This document shows positions 59,059 through 64,000 of a DNA stretch of 64,000 nt, piece by piece (the stretch's first letter is position 1; each line of letters opens with the position of its first letter). The stretch lies in the IMG/VR virus record IMGVR_UViG_3300045988_060255. One strand, written 5' to 3'. The notes beneath the pieces are model-generated. The model did no database searches. It was not told where the DNA came from and saw nothing but the letters and a program-made list of their open reading frames with translations. The translations under genes and the position numbers were made by a program. The stretch comes from a virus.

Positions 59059-59887
59059 TCTCTTTACCTCGCATTCCTTGTACCATCTTCATTTTCAAAT
59101 GTTGTGCTATATGTTCTCTGACAGATTCCTCTGGAAATGGGATTTCAAGTGATCGCTCCAGAATCCTGTTTGTGATTCTCTCGTCATATTTCAGTTCTGA
59201 TATCTGGCAGTTGCTCGTGAATATAGTGATTTTCCTGTCGACATACCGCCCGTTGATAATGCTATAGAATCTTTCGTTAATCCACTCCTTACCAGAATCA
59301 GCGCCGAAGTCGTCAATGATAAGGATTTCTGTTCTGGACAAATCCTCTATCAACTTTCCTTCCGTATTCCCTTTGTCTCCCCATGTATTCTTGATCTCAT
59401 CAAGAATCCTGAGGGATGTGGTGAACTTTACTGGCTTCTGGTATTTCTTCATAATTTCATTCGCCAAGCTGCATACTGTTTTGGTTTTGCCAGAACCTTT
59501 TGCGTTTGAGAAAAGGTATAGCCCTATTCCTTTCTTCTGCATATCAGGAAGATTTTTAAACCAGTAATTTACCGCCTGAGCCGCCTGAGAAAATACTTTT
59601 CGGCTCTCGGCGTTCAAATATACACTTGACTTCAAATCATTGAAATTTGAGCCTTTAAACACGTTTGGAAGCTCTGCAAATTTCAATTGATTTTCAAGGA
59701 TTATTCTTTTTCTGATTCCGCAAGGGCATTCCTCGCAATAGGGAATACCACTTGCATCTCTTACCCATCTCCACCCGCTGTCCCCGCATTCAGGGCATTC
59801 AAGCGAACGGGGTGTCTGATTCTTCTCCATTCCATTCTCCAAGTGGGATGATTGGTTCGACATTTCTTTGAGTTGCGTCAGCTCCAT
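59042..59887 (-). CDS. DnaC/IstB-like AAA+ helicase loader with N-terminal Zn-ribbon
   Basis: Walker A SNAKGSGKT, Walker B LIIDDFG, CPECGDSGW...CEECPCG. The start may be an internal ATG. Confidence 0.8.
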   Translation of the reverse strand: MELTQLKEMSNQSSHLENGMEKNQTPRSLECPECGDSGWRWVRDASGIPYCEECPCGIRKRIILENQLKFAELPNVFKGSNFNDLKSSVYLNAESRKVFSQAAQAVNYWFKNLPDMQKKGIGLYLFSNAKGSGKTKTVCSLANEIMKKYQKPVKFTTSLRILDEIKNTWGDKGNTEGKLIEDLSRTEILIIDDFGADSGKEWINERFYSIINGRYVDRKITIFTSNCQISELKYDERITNRILERSLEIPFPEESVREHIAQHLKMKMVQGMRGKENENSC

Positions 59888-60620
59888 TTCGCATATCCTC
59901 CCTGTTGTGGTATTTGTTTTCGAGTATCTTTAAGAAGTTGTTTGGTTTCACAAACCATTCAAAATTTATCATAAAATCAGTTTTCTTCCCCATAAGGAAG
60001 TCACTGTTTTTTACGTTCCTCAGAGCTTCCATTACCTTATCCATGCCATATTCTCGGATTCTTGCTTTCAGCATTTGCGTTCGCCTTGCTGTCATTCTTG
60101 CGATTGGCTGAATCCCGAACTGCTGAAGCTTGTTCCATTCATCAACAACTTTCTGAACATCTCCGGGCTTGACTAAATCTTTTTCGCAAGAAATCTGCTC
60201 TGGAATCTTCGGCGTACGTTCTTCCTCTGATAATTCTTTCTGGCGTTTTCTGTGCTCGGCAACCCGTTTTCTTGTCTGCTCTCTGATTCTTTCAAGCCCG
60301 TCAATATTCTGATGCTCTTCCCATCCGGGAATTGAAAGCAATGTTCCATCTCTGGTTATCATGCCGAATTTTTCAAGAATTGTAAGTGCAAGTTCGATCA
60401 CACTCTCATCAAAGTCCAGCTCGTCAGCCAACATTTTATTTGTATATGGAATATTCTCTGTCAAAAAAATAATCCCGTTTGAATTACAACGCCCTGCCAT
60501 CGTCAGGAGCATCATCCAGATTAGAACGATGTTGTTCCCCTCTGGAAGTTTTCTGATATGCCGGATTTTTTTGTTATCGAACATATCTATTTCTAATCGA
60601 ATCCAACTCACATTTGTCAT
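59799..60620 (-). CDS. phage replisome organiser (DnaD-like)
   Basis: N-terminal WIRLEIDMFDNKKIRHIRKLPEGNNIVLIWMMLLTMAG... Confidence 0.75.
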   Translation of the reverse strand: MTNVSWIRLEIDMFDNKKIRHIRKLPEGNNIVLIWMMLLTMAGRCNSNGIIFLTENIPYTNKMLADELDFDESVIELALTILEKFGMITRDGTLLSIPGWEEHQNIDGLERIREQTRKRVAEHRKRQKELSEEERTPKIPEQISCEKDLVKPGDVQKVVDEWNKLQQFGIQPIARMTARRTQMLKARIREYGMDKVMEALRNVKNSDFLMGKKTDFMINFEWFVKPNNFLKILENKYHNREDMRNGADATQRNVEPIIPLGEWNGEESDTPFA

Positions 60621-60657
60621 TTAGCCACCTTCCCGTCTGACAAGGACATTTCCGTCC

Positions 60658-60813
60658 TTACCACATTGATTTTCGGATAAAATTCTCCATCATTGTTTCT
60701 TTCCAACTTGATATGTGCTTTTCACAGGTATCGTCTTCCTCTATCAGGATGCCTTTGCGGTCGCACAGCCCGTTGTCGTTTTCAATACAAGTTTCGCATG
60801 TTTTATCTGCCAT
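60658..60813 (-). CDS. Cys-containing small protein (51 aa)
   Basis: GAGAGGAGA RBS, MADKTCETCIENDNGLCDRKG... Below the track cutoff. Confidence 0.5.
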   Translation of the reverse strand: MADKTCETCIENDNGLCDRKGILIEEDDTCEKHISSWKETMMENFIRKSMW

Positions 60814-61116
60814 TTTCTTCATCTCCTCTCGCAATCAATCCTCCACAATACGGACAAAATGTATAATCCAGTCGATTAAGTGGTTTTCCGCAACTACACC
60901 ATGCTTTTACGGGCCATGATTTATAGTAGTCTGGCATAGAGTTGAAGTCATTATCGCTTAGCACTTTCATTTTTACAATTTTCCCGTGCTTCGAATATTC
61001 TATTCTCGCATCCTCTTTCCCATCAGAATACCCGTGGCTATATGCGCTGTTCAGCTGATATTCTTCAGCTGATATTCAATGGATTTGACAGCGTTATCTA
61101 AATACTTATAAGCCAT
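60803..61116 (-). pseudogene. Zn-ribbon protein gene disrupted by a 14-bp tandem duplication
   Basis: ttcagctgatattc at 61050-61063 and again at 61064-61077. Removing one copy restores a 99-aa ORF MAYKYLDNAVKSIEYQLNSAYSHGYSDGKEDARIEY...CSCGKPLNRLDYTFCPYCGG... Confidence 0.75.
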
Positions 61117-61597
61117 TCTTCATCTCCTCCAACTGTTTTACTGCTTTTCTATAATCTCTATTCGCAGACCGGAACATCATCAAAAGTATTTCAGACACAG
61201 GCCTTGTCCGATTTCTTCGCTTTGCTTTTTTGACGCATGTAAGATCATTTGCTTCTGGTACATATATTCCTACATAATGTGGAATTTCAAGGGATACCGC
61301 AGCGCATACATCTGTCGGCATAACCAGGTAGTTATAATCACCAATAAAATTCAACCCATGACCAGAACGAAAATCTTCAGCTGATGATTTAACCTCATAA
61401 CAATAGCAGTCACCTTTTTCTATCCCGGACACACTATTATTTGCTGGCACGAATCGCATATAATCCACCCTTACCGCATGATCTGTCGAATAATCGAATG
61501 TCACTTCTTTCGCCCAATAAATACGTGGATCATTGTGAGGATTTATTTTCTTTTCAAGCATGGCTGATAATTTTGCTGTAATCTCAGGTCTTGTCAT
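61106..61597 (-). CDS. MmcB-like PD-(D/E)XK nuclease-fold protein (163 aa)
   Basis: ...VDYMRFVP...GDCYCYEVKSSAEDFRSGHGLNFIGDYNYLVMP... Confidence 0.55.
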   Translation of the reverse strand: MTRPEITAKLSAMLEKKINPHNDPRIYWAKEVTFDYSTDHAVRVDYMRFVPANNSVSGIEKGDCYCYEVKSSAEDFRSGHGLNFIGDYNYLVMPTDVCAAVSLEIPHYVGIYVPEANDLTCVKKAKRRNRTRPVSEILLMMFRSANRDYRKAVKQLEEMKNGL

Positions 61598-61808
61598 TTT
61601 GAACCTCCTCCAACTTCTTCTCTATCGGATTAATAATCTCTTCCAATACCTGCTGCTCATAATTTTCTTTCCAAAATTTCTCTCTTTTCCAAAACGGAAC
61701 TTTTTTAACTTCACCTATTAAATCAATACACGCCATTGCTTCCAGCATTCCCCAACATCCATCACAGGCTCTTTCATTGCACCACTTTGCAAATTCTTTA
61801 AATTTCAT
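61584..61808 (-). CDS. hypothetical protein (74 aa)
   Basis: Track ORF. Confidence 0.6.
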   Translation of the reverse strand: MKFKEFAKWCNERACDGCWGMLEAMACIDLIGEVKKVPFWKREKFWKENYEQQVLEEIINPIEKKLEEVQNDKT

Positions 61809-62370
61809 TTTTGAGTTCCTCCAGCTTCTTCACAGCTTCTTCACGGGTGAGGAATACGGTTTTGCCAAGTTCATTATAATAATTGCAAAATAGCATAAAT
61901 TTCAGATTGTTTTCTACGATATAAAATTTCTTTTCAGAATCACAATCGCAGTTACAATTATAATTCTCACAATCAATAACTGTTTCTCCAAATTTACTAC
62001 ATTCCGTATATTCATAAGTTATTCGATATACTTTTTTAAATAAATCATCTGGCAATTTCACAAGCAAACCCTGTTCTTCTAAGTCTTTATAAGATTTCAG
62101 TTCTTCTAGCAGCTCTGCAACATCTTTCAACCAATACAATCCTCCATTTTCAAAACAACATTCATAAGTATCTTGATAATACGGGCATCCAACCGCTTCC
62201 TTGTCGCTGATAGGATCTCTTAAATCCTCGCCAGTTCCACAGACAATGCGTTTATACTCATCATCCATATGTATGAAGTTTTCGTGGTCTGCATAGCAAC
62301 CACCTCCTGTATCTTGACTGGCAACACATCTAAGTGCTTTTATCGTATCGTCAAGTGTTAATCTCTCCAT
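61798..62370 (-). CDS. Cys-rich hypothetical protein (190 aa)
   Basis: Track ORF. Confidence 0.6.
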   Translation of the reverse strand: MERLTLDDTIKALRCVASQDTGGGCYADHENFIHMDDEYKRIVCGTGEDLRDPISDKEAVGCPYYQDTYECCFENGGLYWLKDVAELLEELKSYKDLEEQGLLVKLPDDLFKKVYRITYEYTECSKFGETVIDCENYNCNCDCDSEKKFYIVENNLKFMLFCNYYNELGKTVFLTREEAVKKLEELKNEI

Positions 62371-62396
62371 CTACTTCACCTCTTATCGCTTGCTTT

Positions 62397-62720
62397 TTAT
62401 CGCTCATTTTCATCGCTTGTTTTTGTAATTTCTCTCAAGCAGGCATTCCAACCGTCGGCAAATAAGTTTTTCTGCACTTCGTAATTGCTCACGGGTGCAG
62501 TTGTACTTTTCTTCTCTGGTAACAGCTTCAATGGACACCAATCAGGTCTTGATTTACTTTCGCAATCATAATGTTCTTCTGTCATCAGAATTACATCATA
62601 ATCTAAACAGTCAGCTAATTCGCACAAACCCTCATATTCAAGATCGCCACAGTATCCAATTCCAAATGGACAATTATAACAATTTTCTGGCGTATTCATT
62701 ACCAACACTGATTTGTTCAT
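62397..62720 (-). CDS. Cys-rich hypothetical protein (107 aa)
   Basis: Track ORF. Confidence 0.6.
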   Translation of the reverse strand: MNKSVLVMNTPENCYNCPFGIGYCGDLEYEGLCELADCLDYDVILMTEEHYDCESKSRPDWCPLKLLPEKKSTTAPVSNYEVQKNLFADGWNACLREITKTSDENER

Positions 62721-62845
62721 TTCTTCTTACCTCTTTTCTGTAGGAACGCACCGTATTGTGCAGGACTGATAATGTCTTCCTTTTCTCTAGTAGCCTGACC
62801 GTATCCGAGTCTTCCATTCTTCTTGTTTTCTTCTCTTGTAAACAT
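62717..62845 (-). CDS. basic small protein (42 aa)
   Basis: MFTREENKKNGRLGYGQATREKEDIISPAQYGAFLQKRGKKK. ATGA-coupled to the next gene. Weak RBS. Confidence 0.4.
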   Translation of the reverse strand: MFTREENKKNGRLGYGQATREKEDIISPAQYGAFLQKRGKKK

Positions 62846-62864
62846 AGTAGAAATATCTTTGCCT

Positions 62865-63107
62865 TTACTCACTCGCTTCACTTCCTCTCAGCATCAGGCT
62901 CAAAGTGTTATATCCCGGACAAGTTCTGACCCCATTCTTGGTATCTCTTAGCAGGACACAGTACGGATATAATGCCATGACCTCATAGACGTGTTCTGTG
63001 GTGTCTTCACCGCGCTGGTCTATGTATTTGAAGCACTTTCCGGGTCTAAGAAAGTATCTTGCGCATACATACGCTTTTGTCCCGAATCTTACGCTTGCAC
63101 TACTCAT
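62865..63107 (-). CDS. hypothetical protein (80 aa)
   Basis: Track ORF. Confidence 0.6.
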   Translation of the reverse strand: MSSASVRFGTKAYVCARYFLRPGKCFKYIDQRGEDTTEHVYEVMALYPYCVLLRDTKNGVRTCPGYNTLSLMLRGSEASE

Positions 63108-63828
63108 TTGTACGCCCCTCCATTCCTAAATCAAACAATGTGATCTGTGATCTAAATTCTTCTAACCGCTTACAAGCGTCATTGTAATAATTTTCATTAA
63201 TTTCATACCCGATATATTCAAGTCCACATTCTTCATAGGCAATCAATGAGCTTGCGCTCCCCACATGGGTATCAAGAATCTTCATTCCTTTCTGCAGATA
63301 TTTCTGGCATATCCAACGATATAAATTTACAGGTTTTTGAGTTGGGTGGATTCGCTTTTCGTTCAGTTTTTTGTTGCCCTGCTGTATTGTTCCTTCAATT
63401 ATTGATTTTCCTTGAAACATTCCTCTCCACATATAGCGAAAAATGTCAGCTCTTCTTGTAAGACTGCAGTAAGCAACTTCTGCGTCTGATTGATCTGAAC
63501 CATCATTGCATTTATCCCAGATTATCAAGCCACCCGCCATTGGGTAATCAAAGTAATTGCATCCCCAGATAATCTGATTCTTTGATACTCTGAATAGTTG
63601 TTTAAAATATTCTCGATCTGGTGGTTTATTATCCCAACCATAATTCTTATAGCCACCATCAGGAACATAAATGGAACTTCCATTTTTCTGCTTTACATAT
63701 TTACTACGATTCTTACCGCCGTGTTCTTTGATTCCGTATGGTGGGTCTACGACTGCCACATCGAAGTAATTATCTGGAAAGTCCGGGAGAAAATTCATGC
63801 AGTCACCGCAAATAAATTCTCTTTGCAT
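63100..63828 (-). CDS. DNA N6-adenine/N4-cytosine methyltransferase (beta-class)
   Basis: DPPYGI catalytic motif, followed later by the SAM motif ILDTHVGSASS. Confidence 0.85.
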   Translation of the reverse strand: MQREFICGDCMNFLPDFPDNYFDVAVVDPPYGIKEHGGKNRSKYVKQKNGSSIYVPDGGYKNYGWDNKPPDREYFKQLFRVSKNQIIWGCNYFDYPMAGGLIIWDKCNDGSDQSDAEVAYCSLTRRADIFRYMWRGMFQGKSIIEGTIQQGNKKLNEKRIHPTQKPVNLYRWICQKYLQKGMKILDTHVGSASSLIAYEECGLEYIGYEINENYYNDACKRLEEFRSQITLFDLGMEGRTNE

Positions 63829-64000
63829 TATTGCTCCTCCTGTAATAATTCTTTATTGTCGAAAATGTTTCCAACTGGCATAGTGTCTACCATGTCAATC
63901 CAATACCCTAAATCTTTTCTAAGACATTTGTCATCCGACCAATCTACATAGAATCCGACATGTTCCGCTTTCTGAGAATCAAAACAATTTTGATAGCATC
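63828..64000 (-). CDS. hypothetical protein, 5' end beyond window
   Basis: Open frame ...CYQNCFDSQKAEHVGFYVDWSDDKCLRKDLGYWIDMVDTMPVGNIFDNKELLQEEQ*. TAATG coupling to the methylase. Confidence 0.6.
   Translation of the reverse strand, partial: CYQNCFDSQKAEHVGFYVDWSDDKCLRKDLGYWIDMVDTMPVGNIFDNKELLQEEQ

Overview
The window is essentially one temperate, siphovirus-type dsDNA phage genome from a low-GC Gram-positive (Clostridia-like) host. The host call rests on GGAGG-type RBSs and many ATGA/TAATG-coupled small genes. About 90% of genes lie on the minus strand, so transcription mostly runs right to left.

Gene order, right to left:
- DNA methylase and small early genes (64.0-60.6 kb).
- Replication genes: replisome organiser and a DnaC-like loader.
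- Tyrosine integrase next to an attP-like repeat field (57.0-58.5 kb).
- A plus-strand block of individually terminated moron-like genes (52.4-55.8 kb), downstream of an RHH gene flanked by six GTGCTTAAT repeats.
- A minus-strand operon ending in an orphan Cas5-like gene (49.3-52.0 kb).
- Small terminase, then a tandem DUF2829 (Tad2-like) gene.
- A tRNA array with long structured spacers, then RtcB RNA ligase.
- Large terminase, portal and head genes.
- An ~8 kb mosaic island: XhlA-like protein, sigma-like HTH, a Cys/Gly/Tyr/Gln-rich low-complexity protein cassette, a tnpB-only IS200/IS605 element, a second fibre module and an integrase remnant.
- Head-tail joining genes, Rha, holin, and tail genes (G/GT chaperone, 1983-aa tape measure, 1514-aa Ig/LRR receptor-binding protein).
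- Endolysin, then a plus-strand cargo block with an orphan LytTR response regulator.
- A CI/Cro-type switch (3.3-3.8 kb) whose leftward early operon runs off the left edge.

I saw no CRISPR array, rRNA or reverse transcriptase.

Most notable observations:
- At least seven small early or accessory genes are broken by in-frame stops, homopolymer frameshifts or a 14-bp tandem duplication, while every large structural gene is intact.
- The late region is punctuated by minus-strand intrinsic terminators and carries a duplicated ~100-bp leader element.
- Two promoter-to-terminator units without ORFs look like sRNAs; one sits beside the orphan Cas5-like gene.
- One member of the tRNA array has no canonical anticodon arm.

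All functional calls come from reading the translations against remembered family motifs. No database search or folding program was run.
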